Part shown: positions 19,893 through 29,936 of the stretch, in pieces
Layout: the number at the start of each line of letters is the position of its first letter
How positions within the stretch are numbered: position 1 is the first letter of the stretch
NCBI RefSeq assembly: GCF_938091165.1
Contig: NZ_CALKNK010000043.1
Length of the DNA: 64,000 bases
Strand: one strand, 5' to 3'
DNA from: an uncultured Ilumatobacter sp.
GTDB lineage: Bacteria > Actinomycetota > Acidimicrobiia > Acidimicrobiales > Ilumatobacteraceae
The notes under the pieces: generated by a model
Database searches by the model: none
Told to the model about the DNA's origin: nothing
Seen by the model: only the letters and a program-made list of their open reading frames with translations
Position numbers and translations under genes: made by a program

Positions 19893-20756
19893 TCAGCTCG
19901 AAACACCGCAGACGAGACCGCGGTTCAGGCAGTTGGCCACCTCGCCTTCAAGCTTTGTCTGGTCCCAAACGTTCCAAAAGTCGGCGTGTGCCGTCTCCAC
20001 CCCACCCGAGCTGAGCGACAGGTCGGTGGGATCAACAGGCGGATAATCGATCCCGATCATCAACTGTGGCAGCACCACCGGATGGCTTGCAGGGCAGCCG
20101 CTGGTTTCGATGCTGCTGTACCTGGCATGCGCCGACGATCCGAAGCCTGTGAGCTGTACGCCGTCCCAGCAATCGGGGAACGTGACGATCATTCGCAGCG
20201 TCGAATTTTCACCGCACTGGAGCGGAGCGGGTTCTCGAACTGCCCCCGTTCCACACGACCAGGCAACGATGTCGGTCGGCTGGGGGTGCTGTGACGAGGA
20301 GTTGCCACCAATCAGCATCAATCCCTCGGGATAGGCGACGATCTGTTCGTAGTCGACGCCCTGACCCGGCCGGTAATAGGCCGTCATGCTGATCGGCTCG
20401 ATGGTGCTCCCCATCTGATCGAGAAGGGCCGGCGCCCAATAAGACGCTGTGTCCCTGCGCTGCTCGCACGACGTGCCGGCCTTCAGAAGTCGATCGTCGT
20501 AGACCGGGTTCGAGTCCACTGCATTGTTGCCGAAGAACAGGTGAAGATGGCTCTTGCCCGGCTGCCACGGCAGCACAAGCGGGTCGTCGAACGCAGCGTG
20601 GCTCGGGTCGCACTGCACGACGAACTGCGCGAGCCGCCCCTGAGGGCCGCGGCGTTCAGGGTCCGGATCGTCAATGGCGCCGGGCTGCGCGCTCGATCCG
20701 CAGGCCGCCAGCACCAGCAATGTGGCGATCAGCACCGCTGATCGGAAAGACGTCAT
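19893..20756 (-). CDS. DUF1996 domain lipoprotein
   Basis: LAAC lipobox; DDPLVLP, HLHLFFGN, DTASYWAP, FPDCWDG, CPASHPV, HADFWN. Confidence 0.85.
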   Translation of the reverse strand: MTSFRSAVLIATLLVLAACGSSAQPGAIDDPDPERRGPQGRLAQFVVQCDPSHAAFDDPLVLPWQPGKSHLHLFFGNNAVDSNPVYDDRLLKAGTSCEQRRDTASYWAPALLDQMGSTIEPISMTAYYRPGQGVDYEQIVAYPEGLMLIGGNSSSQHPQPTDIVAWSCGTGAVREPAPLQCGENSTLRMIVTFPDCWDGVQLTGFGSSAHARYSSIETSGCPASHPVVLPQLMIGIDYPPVDPTDLSLSSGGVETAHADFWNVWDQTKLEGEVANCLNRGLVCGVSS

Positions 20757-20852
20757 AGCGCACAGCGTAGAGACCACTCGGCCCTGCCGAGCGACGGTAG
20801 GGCAACGTTCACCACTGCCTCATCATCTGTTCGATCCCGGGTGTCGAGTTGA

Positions 20853-22337
20853 TTAGGCCGGCATGTCCGGCACCACCATTGCGTCAAGGTCGACGTCGAC
20901 GATGATGTTGGTAGCCGGGTCGACAGGTGCAGTTTCGGCGTCAGGCATGTTCGGTAGTTCCGGCGGGTCCGGGATGACTGCGTCTTTGTAGTCGACCGAA
21001 GGCGGTGCGGTCTCGATGTCGACCAGCCAGGTGAGCACATTCAACGTACCAAGCGTCCAGTCCCCACTTCCCTGTCCCTCACACGGTGCGAGGTTCTCGA
21101 GGTCTTGCGGCGCCGACGTCGTGAAGATATTTCCGGCCCAGCAGTTGCCGAGTTCCTCGGTCGCCATGCCAACACCCTCGGCAGCAATGTCAGCAACGCG
21201 GCTGTCACTGACGTCGTTGAGTGTCACACGGTTGTTCTGTGCTTCCCACAGGAGCGTGCCAGGGATCTCGTCGGCCGGCGGCTGCTCGCGCTGCTCAGCG
21301 CAGCCGATTTCCCACTCGTCAGGGGTGGGCAGGTCATCGTTCGCGCCCTCTTCGAGGAAGGGGACCAGGCCGATTCCCGTCTTGTCATGATTGAACACGA
21401 GGTTCTTCGTGATCGTGTTGTCGATGCCGCCCGGCGCCAGAATGCCATTGCCCATGGCGAGAATCGCCACATCGATAGCTGGCGTGTCGGCCTGGTTGTT
21501 GGAGTGCACGATGTTGCCGACGATCGTGGTGTCTCGCTCCGGGTAGCACAGCTCGTAACTGCCCGAGTTCGGTACGATGCCAGCACGGTTATTGCGGAAC
21601 GTTGAGTTTTTGATGACGAGGTTGCCGCCAGAGTTAGTCCCGGAGTATCCGAGCCCGTTGTGCTCAGCGATGACATTGTCGACGAGCGAGTCGCAAGGGA
21701 AGCATTGGCCGATGTAAAAGCCTGCGTCGGGGCTGCCCGATCCGTACGAGTTGTCGATCTGGCCGTTGATCGAATCGAAGGCATAGACGCCGTAGTCGCC
21801 GTTGCGGATCGCCGTAACGTACGAGGCCCGGTAGCCAATCGCAGACGTGAAGAACACTCCGTTGCTGGTGTAGTTCTGCGTGGTCAGGTTTTCGACGACG
21901 ACCCCCTTGGCTCCAAGGACGCGAATACCATTGTCGAGTTCAAACTCGCCATCGAGCACCACGCCAGCGCGGTCCGTGCCACGGATCGTGATCTCGTCGG
22001 TGACAACGTTGACGGCTTCGTTATACGTGCCGGGCGAGACGAGCACAAGGTCACCTGGTGCCGCTGCATCGACCGCCTCCTGGATTGCGCCGAACTCTTT
22101 CGGCACCCGAAGCACACCATCGGCGCCGGCGGGAGGAGTCGTTTCGACGGGTGCGTCGGTCGCGACCGGGGCGTCGGTCTCCGCTGGTGCATCAGTCTTG
22201 ACGGGAGCATCGGTCACGGCCGGCGCCTCAGTTTCGGCAGCCGCTGTACTTATTCCCGCCGCTGGCGCTGCGTCATTGCTTCCACACGCAGCAAGAACAA
22301 TTACAGCGGCTAGCGCGACGGTAAGTTTGCGTTTCAC
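20853..22337 (-). CDS. Secreted lipoprotein with right-handed parallel beta-helix (NosD/pectin lyase-like fold)
   Basis: LAAC lipobox, TDAP repeat linker, IQEAVDAAAPGDLVLVSPGTYNE, repeated Asn/Gly-rich beta-helix rungs. GTG start at 22337 has an AGGGGG RBS. Confidence 0.85.
   Translation of the reverse strand: MKRKLTVALAAVIVLAACGSNDAAPAAGISTAAAETEAPAVTDAPVKTDAPAETDAPVATDAPVETTPPAGADGVLRVPKEFGAIQEAVDAAAPGDLVLVSPGTYNEAVNVVTDEITIRGTDRAGVVLDGEFELDNGIRVLGAKGVVVENLTTQNYTSNGVFFTSAIGYRASYVTAIRNGDYGVYAFDSINGQIDNSYGSGSPDAGFYIGQCFPCDSLVDNVIAEHNGLGYSGTNSGGNLVIKNSTFRNNRAGIVPNSGSYELCYPERDTTIVGNIVHSNNQADTPAIDVAILAMGNGILAPGGIDNTITKNLVFNHDKTGIGLVPFLEEGANDDLPTPDEWEIGCAEQREQPPADEIPGTLLWEAQNNRVTLNDVSDSRVADIAAEGVGMATEELGNCWAGNIFTTSAPQDLENLAPCEGQGSGDWTLGTLNVLTWLVDIETAPPSVDYKDAVIPDPPELPNMPDAETAPVDPATNIIVDVDLDAMVVPDMPA
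22135..22240 (-). repeat. Degenerate 18-bp coding repeat (TDAPxx linker)
   Basis: Encodes ETEAPAVTDAPVKTDAPAETDAPVATDAPVETTPP. Confidence 0.7.
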
Positions 22338-22410
22338 GTTTCCCCCTAGTGTCAGCGACAAGCTGGTGCCCGTCTTCTCTACATCCTACGACCTGACGAA
22401 TACTGACAGG

Positions 22411-22923
22411 TCAGGCGCCCGCTGCCGTAACTGTGACCGAGCCGATCATGCCGGCGGTCTTCGTACCGTGAATCGAGCAGTAGTAAAAATAGATGCCGGG
22501 AGTGTCGAAGACGCGGCGGTATTCGTCGCCCGGCGCGAAGTCCTCGGTGTCAACGCCCCAGGCCTCATCGTCGTTGACCGGCAGAACGTTGTGGTCGTTG
22601 CGACCGTTGTTAGTCCACCAAATTTCGGTACCCGCCAAGACCTCAGTATCCGGGAGCCGAAACGAGTTGTCGAGAGAGCGGACCTGTAGAACCTCGCCGT
22701 TCGGTGCGACTGGAGCGATTGTCATCGGCGGCGGCAGCGTCACACCCGACTCCGGTGGGGGCGGTGACAAGGTGGTCGATGGCAGCACTCGCTCAGTCGT
22801 GACAACAGCGTCGTCCACCGGAGCCGAATAGGAGTCAGGCCCATCAGGCGCGCATGCCACGAGGCTGATCAGGCTGACCAGACCACCCAGAAAGCGAGCC
22901 AATACACGGCTTGACAAGCTCAT
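22411..22923 (-). CDS. Cupredoxin/plastocyanin-family lipoprotein
   Basis: LVAC lipobox; HNV and YYCSIHG...GM supply type-1 copper ligands (H, C, H, M). Confidence 0.85.
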   Translation of the reverse strand: MSLSSRVLARFLGGLVSLISLVACAPDGPDSYSAPVDDAVVTTERVLPSTTLSPPPPESGVTLPPPMTIAPVAPNGEVLQVRSLDNSFRLPDTEVLAGTEIWWTNNGRNDHNVLPVNDDEAWGVDTEDFAPGDEYRRVFDTPGIYFYYCSIHGTKTAGMIGSVTVTAAGA

Positions 22924-24545
22924 TGGTTCATGAAGAGGTCTGCGTGGTCGTCCCGCAACGTCTTCTTGGAGAACTTGCCGACGCTGGTCTTTGGAACTTC
23001 ATCAATCCAGACGACACCCTTAGGCATCTGCCACTTGGCAATTTTTCCATCGAGATGGGCGATCACAGCTTCTTCGGTCAGCGAATCATCGGTACGCACC
23101 ACGCAAGCGAGCGCTGCCTCGCCCCACTTTGGGTGCACAATGCCAATCACAGCCGCTTCGGCCACCTTGGGATGCGACATGATTTCGTTCTCGAGTTCAA
23201 CCGATGAAATCCATTCACCGCCTGACTTGATGAGGTCCTTGGTGCGATCGACCAACCGAATCCGACCGCGAGCGTCAACCGTTGCAACGTCGCCAGTCTT
23301 CAGCCAGCCATCGTCAGTGAAGCTCTCTCTCGAGCGCGGGTCGTTGTAGTAGTCCGAAGCAATCCAGTTACCGCGGCATTGCAGTTCTCCACTCGCCTCG
23401 CCGTCCCAAGAAACGGGGTTGGTAGAACCGGGTTCAACAACGCGGGCCTCCACTCCGAAGGAGATGCGCCCAACCTGAGTGCGCAGATCGGCTTGCTCAT
23501 CGATGGAAAGTTCCTGTTGATCGACATCGAGCTGACATACCGACGCGATCGGGCTGGTCTCCGTCATCCCCCACGCTTGAAGAATCGGCAGGCCGGTCTG
23601 CTCCCGGTAGGCCTCAGACAACGAACGCGGCACAGCCGAGCCGCCGCAGGGGATCGATCGTAATGACGAAGTGTCACGGCCCTTCAACTCTGGCAACACC
23701 GCCATCCAGATCGTTGGCACACCAGCGGCGACGGTCACATTCTCGTCCACAATCAAATTGGCCAGCGCCTGGCCAGACAAGTCTGCACCAGGCATCACAA
23801 GCGTCGCTCCGGTCGCAACAGCCGCGTGTGCCAGCCCCCATGCGTTTGCGTGGAACATTGGCACGACGGGCAGAACCACATCAGCTTCTCGGACACCGAG
23901 GCTGTCAACCATCATCGCTCCGGCTGTGTGCATGAACGTTGACCGATGTGTGTAAACGACACCCTTGGGGTTGCCGGTCGTACCTGAGGTGTAACACATG
24001 CTTGCAGCCCGACGTTCGTCGGTGATCTCGGGAAGGCCCCTAGGTTGCTCGGCTGCGATGAGCTCTTCGTAATTGAGCAGGGTGTGTCCACCGAGGTCGT
24101 CGGGAATGTCCCCTTTGCCGTCGTCCATCAGCACCAGATGCTTGAGGTTGGTGAACGTGTGGAGCAGCGGGGCGAGCAACGCGATGATCGAGCGATCAAC
24201 AAAGATCACCTCATCATCGGCGTGATTCACGATGTACGTCAACTGCTCAGGGAACAGCCGGATGTTCAGGGTGTGCAGCACTCGGCCGGTACATGGAGCG
24301 GCGAAATACAGCTCTAGATGACGCGACGTATTCCAGGCAAACGTGGCGACACGCCCGTCAGCCGAGACCCCGAGGGTGTCGAGCGCTCCCGCCAGCTGGC
24401 GCGTCCGCCGAGCAAAATCGGCGTACGTCGTGCGCTCAATGCCATCCGCCGCAGCGGTGATGATCTCCTTGTGACCGTGGTATCGCTCGGCTCGATCAAA
24501 GAGATGGTTGATCGTTAGCGGAACATCTTGCATCAGCCCTAGCAT
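22920..24545 (-). CDS. Fatty acid--CoA ligase (AlkK/medium-chain family)
   Basis: YTSGTTGNPKG, PMFHANAWG, WGMTET, TGD, DRTKDLIKSGGEWISS. Confidence 0.93.
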   Translation of the reverse strand: MLGLMQDVPLTINHLFDRAERYHGHKEIITAAADGIERTTYADFARRTRQLAGALDTLGVSADGRVATFAWNTSRHLELYFAAPCTGRVLHTLNIRLFPEQLTYIVNHADDEVIFVDRSIIALLAPLLHTFTNLKHLVLMDDGKGDIPDDLGGHTLLNYEELIAAEQPRGLPEITDERRAASMCYTSGTTGNPKGVVYTHRSTFMHTAGAMMVDSLGVREADVVLPVVPMFHANAWGLAHAAVATGATLVMPGADLSGQALANLIVDENVTVAAGVPTIWMAVLPELKGRDTSSLRSIPCGGSAVPRSLSEAYREQTGLPILQAWGMTETSPIASVCQLDVDQQELSIDEQADLRTQVGRISFGVEARVVEPGSTNPVSWDGEASGELQCRGNWIASDYYNDPRSRESFTDDGWLKTGDVATVDARGRIRLVDRTKDLIKSGGEWISSVELENEIMSHPKVAEAAVIGIVHPKWGEAALACVVRTDDSLTEEAVIAHLDGKIAKWQMPKGVVWIDEVPKTSVGKFSKKTLRDDHADLFMNQ

Positions 24546-24614
24546 CTACTCGAATGTAACCGTTCACCCTCGCCGCTATCGCAACTCAAAGTGTTGGCGC
24601 TACCGTTCCACGGC

Positions 24615-25253
24615 GTGACCGATGCGGTGGCTGTTGAACCCGAACCTGCACCACACGTCCGCCCCAACTGGGCGCCGCTTACGCTTGCCGCCTTCGTCGC
24701 ACTGGTGATCTGTTCCAATCTCGCCAGTGCGGTGTGGGCGCGATGGGTCAACACCAATCCTGAAGGCTTGCTTCTTCTTTCATCGCGAAACCGTTATCTC
24801 GCGCTCACTCTTGCTGCGGGCGTGTCGCTCCCGTTCTATCTGGCCATCGGATTTCTTCGCATTGGGTCTGCGTTTGTCGTGTGCCATCTCGTTGGCCGCG
24901 CCTACCGCTACGACGTTGCCGGATGGTTTACCAAGTACCTCGGCATGACCAAGGAATCGATCTCCGCCTTCGAACGAGGTTTCGACAAGGCCGAGTGGGC
25001 GTTGATCCCGTTCTTCGCCGGATCCAATATCGTCGCAGCATTGAGCGGCGTCCGGCAGACGCCGCCAGGCAAGTTGGTCGCACTGTTAGCCATCGGCATT
25101 GGCGTTCGGCTGGCATTGCTGTGGTGGTTGGCGCGGACGTTTGAGAACCAACTCGTTGACTTCCTCGGCTTTCTGCAGCGTTACCAATGGTGGGCCGTTG
25201 GCATTTCAGTCGGACTAGTCGTCCTAGTTAATAGCCGCAACCTTCGCCGTTAG
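24615..25253 (+). CDS. Integral membrane protein (DedA/VTT-like)
   Basis: Several hydrophobic helices in a DedA-like arrangement. GTG start follows a TACCGT -10-like element. Confidence 0.6.
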   Translation: MTDAVAVEPEPAPHVRPNWAPLTLAAFVALVICSNLASAVWARWVNTNPEGLLLLSSRNRYLALTLAAGVSLPFYLAIGFLRIGSAFVVCHLVGRAYRYDVAGWFTKYLGMTKESISAFERGFDKAEWALIPFFAGSNIVAALSGVRQTPPGKLVALLAIGIGVRLALLWWLARTFENQLVDFLGFLQRYQWWAVGISVGLVVLVNSRNLRR

Positions 25254-25344
25254 CCGAGCTGGCAGACCCGCTTTCACGTAAAACTGATTCTTTCGTAGAG
25301 AGCCACGTAGGAATGACTGACACTGATCTGATACAACTTCGGCC

Positions 25345-25839
25345 ATGTCTCAAGTCACTTTGGGCGGCAACCCCGTCAACACATCCGGTGATCTCCCCGC
25401 AGTGGGGACTTCAGCTCCATCTTTCGACCTCGCCGCCGTTGATCTCGGCAATATTTCGAGCGCCGATCTCGCCGGTAAAAACGTTGTTCTAAACATATTT
25501 CCGAGCGTCGAAACCGCGACGTGCGCCACGACCGTTCGCACATTCAACGAACGCGCCGCAGATCTCGACAACACCGCCGTTCTCTGCGTATCTGCGGATC
25601 TGCCGTTCGCCCAGGGCCGATTCTGCGGCACCGAAGGAATTGCGAACGTAAAAACAGCGTCGAGCTTCAAGTCAAGCTTCGGTAACGATTACGGCGTCAA
25701 CCTCATCGATGGCAAGTTCAAGGGATTACTCGCGCGTGCCGTCGTCGTCATCGGCCCGGACGGCAGTGTCAAGCACACCGAGCTTGTCAGCGAAATCGGC
25801 CAAGAACCGAACTACGACGCTGCGCTGAGCGCACTCTGA
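25345..25839 (+). CDS. tpx: Thiol peroxidase Tpx (atypical 2-Cys peroxiredoxin)
   Basis: NIFPSVETATCA and SADLPFAQGRFC. Confidence 0.95.
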   Translation: MSQVTLGGNPVNTSGDLPAVGTSAPSFDLAAVDLGNISSADLAGKNVVLNIFPSVETATCATTVRTFNERAADLDNTAVLCVSADLPFAQGRFCGTEGIANVKTASSFKSSFGNDYGVNLIDGKFKGLLARAVVVIGPDGSVKHTELVSEIGQEPNYDAALSAL

Positions 25840-25925
25840 TCGATACGTCCTGAGCAACTCAGCGAGGGCATGCTGATCTTGCGTGCTCTGTGCGTAGCGA
25901 CTGCCTGCCTCTGTCACGCTTGGTG

Positions 25926-26696
25926 TTAGCCAAGGTATGAGTCGAGACTGAGAGCAAGACCTGGTCGCGAGTCGATCTGCCTGCAAGCGAGCACGACACC
26001 GGGCATGAAGCTTGAGCGGTCGTAGCTATCTTGGCGGATCGTCAACGTCTGGCCCTCGGCGCCCAGAATGACCTCCTGATGCGCCACGGTGCCCGACATC
26101 CGCACCGAATGAGCCCGAATGTTGCGTGGCCCCTTTCCCCCACGCGCCCCAGGGTAGATCTCAGTCTCCGTTGGGTCATCTGCGAAGTCCTTGTCCCGTG
26201 CGGCAGCCATGCGCTCGATCGTTTTCACTGCTGTACCGGATGGCGCATCGATCTTTCGCATGTGGTGCAGTTCGACCACTTCTGCGGTGTCGAACCAGGG
26301 GGCGGCCATCTCGGCAAAACGCATCATTAACACCGCAGAGATGGCGAAGTTCGGCGCGATCAGGCAATTCGGCCCGTCGGAAGCACCGAAGGTCAATTCG
26401 AACAACGCCAGGTCGTTATCGGTGAATCCGGTCGTCCCTACGACGGCATGGATGCCATGCATCCCAAGCCAGGGCAGCGTCGTCCGTGCAGATTCTGCGA
26501 CGGTGAAGTCGACGACCACGTCGCACTCGGCGTCAGCAAAGGCCTGCAGCCGGTCAGAGACGACCATGTCGTTGATCTCTGCACCGGCGCTGCGACGATC
26601 GACCGCAGCTACCAACGTAAGGTCGGCATCGGCCGCGACCGCAGCACACACCGCCCGCCCCATCTGACCCACCGCTCCGTTAACACCGACACGCAT
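25926..26696 (-). CDS. dapB: 4-hydroxy-tetrahydrodipicolinate reductase
   Basis: GAVGQMG, VDFT, GTTG, APNF, ELHHMRKIDAPSGTA. Confidence 0.95.
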   Translation of the reverse strand: MRVGVNGAVGQMGRAVCAAVAADADLTLVAAVDRRSAGAEINDMVVSDRLQAFADAECDVVVDFTVAESARTTLPWLGMHGIHAVVGTTGFTDNDLALFELTFGASDGPNCLIAPNFAISAVLMMRFAEMAAPWFDTAEVVELHHMRKIDAPSGTAVKTIERMAAARDKDFADDPTETEIYPGARGGKGPRNIRAHSVRMSGTVAHQEVILGAEGQTLTIRQDSYDRSSFMPGVVLACRQIDSRPGLALSLDSYLG

Positions 26697-26890
26697 GTCC
26701 CTATCATCGCAGACTGCGAGAAAAATGATGGATCAAAGTCGTTCGGCAGGTCTTGTCCACGACTTCAACCGCTGAGCTCGACCTCACCGTAACGTTCCGG
26801 AAGAGCCCTATCAGGGGCACATTCACAAACGTGTGTGTCAGCGTCGCGCTCCGAGTTCGTTCCAGGTAATGGTTGGCGTCCGAAAACAGC

Positions 26891-26925
26891 GAAGGACGCC
26901 GCAGCGCTGGGCCACGGCGTCCTTC
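26891..26925 (-). terminator. Intrinsic terminator after pnp
   Basis: 11-bp inverted repeat GAAGGACGCCG/CGGCGTCCTTC followed on the minus strand by GCTGTTTT. Confidence 0.7.
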
Positions 26926-26950
26926 AGATGTTCAGCGTCGTGCTAGGAGG

Positions 26951-29404
26951 TCAGCGATGACGACGACGTGCGCCGCCACGGCGGTTGCCGCCGTCGCGCT
27001 CGGCCGGGCGTTCACCCTTCGGACCGAGGTCACCAAGCTCGCCAGCAAGCTCAGCGTCGAAGCTGTCTTCGAAGCTGACCTCGACAATGTCGCTCGCAGG
27101 TCCAGCTGCGGGGGCGCTGTCACGGCCACCTTCGCGTGATCCACGGTCGCTGCGCTCGCGGCGCGGTGGACGATCGTCACGGCCGCTGCCGCCCGAGCTG
27201 CCCGTGGCACCCTCTGGGATCTCGAGCTCTTCGGAGAGCATCAGGCTGACCTTGCCCTTATCGTCGATCTCTTCAACCTTGACTTTGACAACCTGGCCGA
27301 GTTCGAGCACGTCGTCGACCGAGTTGATGCGCTTGCCGCCACCCATCTTCGAGATGTGCAACAGGCCGTCGCGACCCGGGAGGATATTGACGAACGCACC
27401 AAACTTGGTGATGTTGACGACGCGTCCGTCGTACTCTTTGTCGAGTTCAGCTTTTGGCGGATCGACGATATTGAGGATTGCCATCTTGGCTTCCTCCATG
27501 CGCCATGCCTCAACCGCACCGATGGTGACAATGCCGCGGGCACCGTCATCATCAACGCCGATATCTGCTCCGGTCTCCTGCTGGATCGTGTTGATGACCT
27601 TGCCCTTCGGGCCGATGACTTCGCCGACCTTGTCCAGCGGAATGTAGATCGTGCTGATCTTCGGCGCCGTCTCGGCAATCTCATCACGGGTTGCCGGGAG
27701 GCACTCGTTCATCACTTCGAGGATCTCGAGGCGAGCTACGCGAGCCTGCGCCAGTGCTGCGGACAGCACGTCGGCGGGGATGCCATCAATCTTCGTGTCC
27801 AGCTGCAGTGCCGTGATGGCATCTTCGGTGCCAGCAACCTTGAAGTCCATGTCGCCCATGGCATCTTCAGCACCGAGAATGTCGGTGAGCGTGACGTACT
27901 TGCCGTCTTCGTGGATGAGGCCCATGGCGATTCCTGACACATGGCTCCGGACCGGCACGCCGGCGTCCATCAGCGAGAGGCTGGAAGCGCATACCGAACC
28001 CATCGAGGTCGAGCCATTGGAGGCCATGACTTCAGAGACGAGGCGCAGCGTGTACGCGAAGTCTTCCTGATTCGGGATGGCCGGCAGGACCGCCCGAGCA
28101 GCGAGGGCTCCATGGCCGATCTCGCGACGTTTCGGCGAACCGACGCGACCGGTCTCGCCGTTGGCCCATGGCGGCATGTTGTAGTGGTGCAGGTAACGCT
28201 TCGTGTCGTTCGGCGACAGCGAGTCGATCATCTGGTTCATTCGCGGCATTGCCATCGTGAGAACGTTCATGACCTGGGTCTCACCACGCTGAAACAGGCC
28301 CGAACCATGTGCGCTTGCGAGCACGCCAACTTCTGCGCTGACCTGGCGGAGGTCGGCCGGGCCACGACCGTCGATGCGTACACCTTCGTCGAGCACGCGA
28401 CGACGGACCATCTTCTTCATGAGGGAGCGAACAGCCTCCTTGACCATCTTCGCCTGCCCAGGGAAGTCACCGTCGTCGCCACAGAGCTGAGCCACACAGT
28501 CAGCGGCGACAGCGTCAACAGCGGCGTTGCGTTCACCCTTGCCGGCAATTTTGACAGCTGGGGCCATGCCCTCAGTACCGATCTTCTCGACAGCATCAAA
28601 AATCTCGGGGGTGTAGTCGAGAACCGGGGTCCACGACATGGGCTCGATTGGACCGTGCGTGGCAATGACCGAGGCAACGAGCTGACGCTGGAGTGCAATT
28701 GACTCTTTAATCCACACTTTGCAGGCCTGGAGGGCGTCGCCGAGGACTTCTTCGGTGACTTTCTTGGCTCCATCGTCGTAGTAGTAGAACGCGTTCTCTG
28801 AGCCACCGGCTTCAACCATCATCACGGCGACGTCGCCGTCTTCTAGCTCGCGGCCAGCGATGACAATCTCGAAGGTTCCGTTCTCGGACTCTTCGTAGGT
28901 CGGATGCGGGATCCATTCGCCTTCCTGGCTGTAGGCCATACGGACGGTACCGAGCGGGCCGTCGAACGGGATACCCGAGATCATCAGCGCAGCAGAAGCA
29001 GCGTTGATCGACAGTACGTCATGCGGGTTTTCCTGGTCGGCGCCGATGACAGTTGTAACGACTTGTGTCTCGTGGCGGAATCCGTCGGGGAACGACGGGC
29101 GCAACGGCCGATCGGTGAGGCGACAGGTGAGGATGGCGTCCTCGGTCGGGCGGCCTTCACGACGGAAGAACGAGCCGGGGATCTTGCCAGCGGCATAGGC
29201 GCGCTCTTCAACGTCGACGGTCAACGGGAAGAAGTCCATGCCGTCGCGCACGCTCTTTGCGGCATTGGCCGTGGTTAGAACTTGTGTTGCACCGATCGAT
29301 GCCACAACGGCACCCATCGAGTTGGGGGCAAACCTGCCCGTTTCTAAGGTGAGTGTCTTGTCGGTTCCGGAAATCGGACCGGACACGGTAATTGCTTCAG
29401 CCAC
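26951..29404 (-). CDS. pnp: Polyribonucleotide nucleotidyltransferase (PNPase)
   Basis: FFPLTVD, RREGRP, DRPLRP, RREIGHG, SNGSTS, GDMDFK, plus KH and S1 domains. GTG start has an AAGGAG RBS. Confidence 0.98.
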   Translation of the reverse strand: MAEAITVSGPISGTDKTLTLETGRFAPNSMGAVVASIGATQVLTTANAAKSVRDGMDFFPLTVDVEERAYAAGKIPGSFFRREGRPTEDAILTCRLTDRPLRPSFPDGFRHETQVVTTVIGADQENPHDVLSINAASAALMISGIPFDGPLGTVRMAYSQEGEWIPHPTYEESENGTFEIVIAGRELEDGDVAVMMVEAGGSENAFYYYDDGAKKVTEEVLGDALQACKVWIKESIALQRQLVASVIATHGPIEPMSWTPVLDYTPEIFDAVEKIGTEGMAPAVKIAGKGERNAAVDAVAADCVAQLCGDDGDFPGQAKMVKEAVRSLMKKMVRRRVLDEGVRIDGRGPADLRQVSAEVGVLASAHGSGLFQRGETQVMNVLTMAMPRMNQMIDSLSPNDTKRYLHHYNMPPWANGETGRVGSPKRREIGHGALAARAVLPAIPNQEDFAYTLRLVSEVMASNGSTSMGSVCASSLSLMDAGVPVRSHVSGIAMGLIHEDGKYVTLTDILGAEDAMGDMDFKVAGTEDAITALQLDTKIDGIPADVLSAALAQARVARLEILEVMNECLPATRDEIAETAPKISTIYIPLDKVGEVIGPKGKVINTIQQETGADIGVDDDGARGIVTIGAVEAWRMEEAKMAILNIVDPPKAELDKEYDGRVVNITKFGAFVNILPGRDGLLHISKMGGGKRINSVDDVLELGQVVKVKVEEIDDKGKVSLMLSEELEIPEGATGSSGGSGRDDRPPRRERSDRGSREGGRDSAPAAGPASDIVEVSFEDSFDAELAGELGDLGPKGERPAERDGGNRRGGARRRHR

Positions 29405-29420
29405 AGGGGCTCCTTTCGAT

Positions 29421-29560
29421 CACGCGACACCCTGTCGCGTGGCTTCTGATCGGAGTAGAAACCGGTTCCCAGGTCTGACCCGAGATCGACGGTTTGAAAT
29501 CAGAGACTCCACACGACACCTCGGAGTCATCGACCGGCAACAAGCGCCAGACTCCGTCGA
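29421..29560 (-). promoter_or_regulatory. Structured 5' leader of pnp
   Basis: Nested inverted repeats TCGACGG/CCGTCGA (29486-92/29554-60) and GACTCC/GGAGTC (29505-10/29523-28), plus a 9-bp hairpin at 29421-29441 just before the RBS. Confidence 0.5.
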
Positions 29561-29618
29561 CCGGACGATCCGGACAACTTCAGTGTACCCAATGTCGAGA
29601 GTTTCAGGCGGATACTTA

Positions 29619-29659
29619 GAAAACGCAAAACGGCCACCCGCCGAAGCGGACAGCCGTTT
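29619..29659 (-). terminator. Intrinsic terminator after rpsO
   Basis: Minus strand reads AAACGGCTGTCCGC-TTCG-GCGGGTGGCCGTTT followed by TGCGTTTT. Confidence 0.8.
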
Positions 29660-29678
29660 AAGTCAGAGTTCGTCTCGA

Positions 29679-29936
29679 CTACCTTCTTAAGCCGAGGTCG
29701 GCGACAATCTTGCGATAGCGCTCAACGTCGATGCCCTTGACGTAGTCCAGCATGCGACGGCGCTTACCGACGATCATCAGCAGACCGCGACGGCTGTGGT
29801 GATCCTTCTTGTGCATTTTTAGGTGCTCAGTAAGGTGGGTGATGCGCTCGGTCATGAGCGCAATCTGCACCTCGGGCGACCCGGTATCAGATTCGTGAAT
29901 CTTGTTCTTGCTTATGGTCTCAGCCTTGTTGAGCAT
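29679..29936 (-). CDS. rpsO: 30S ribosomal protein S15
   Basis: [10 protein letters not shown] and [12 protein letters not shown]. True start is the ATG at 29936. Confidence 0.98.
   Translation of the reverse strand: MLNKAETISKNKIHESDTGSPEVQIALMTERITHLTEHLKMHKKDHHSRRGLLMIVGKRRRMLDYVKGIDVERYRKIVADLGLRR

Noticed and set aside
26697..26890. Possible small ORF or remnant between pnp and dapB
   Set aside because: No recognisable motif or convincing start in the minus-strand frames examined.
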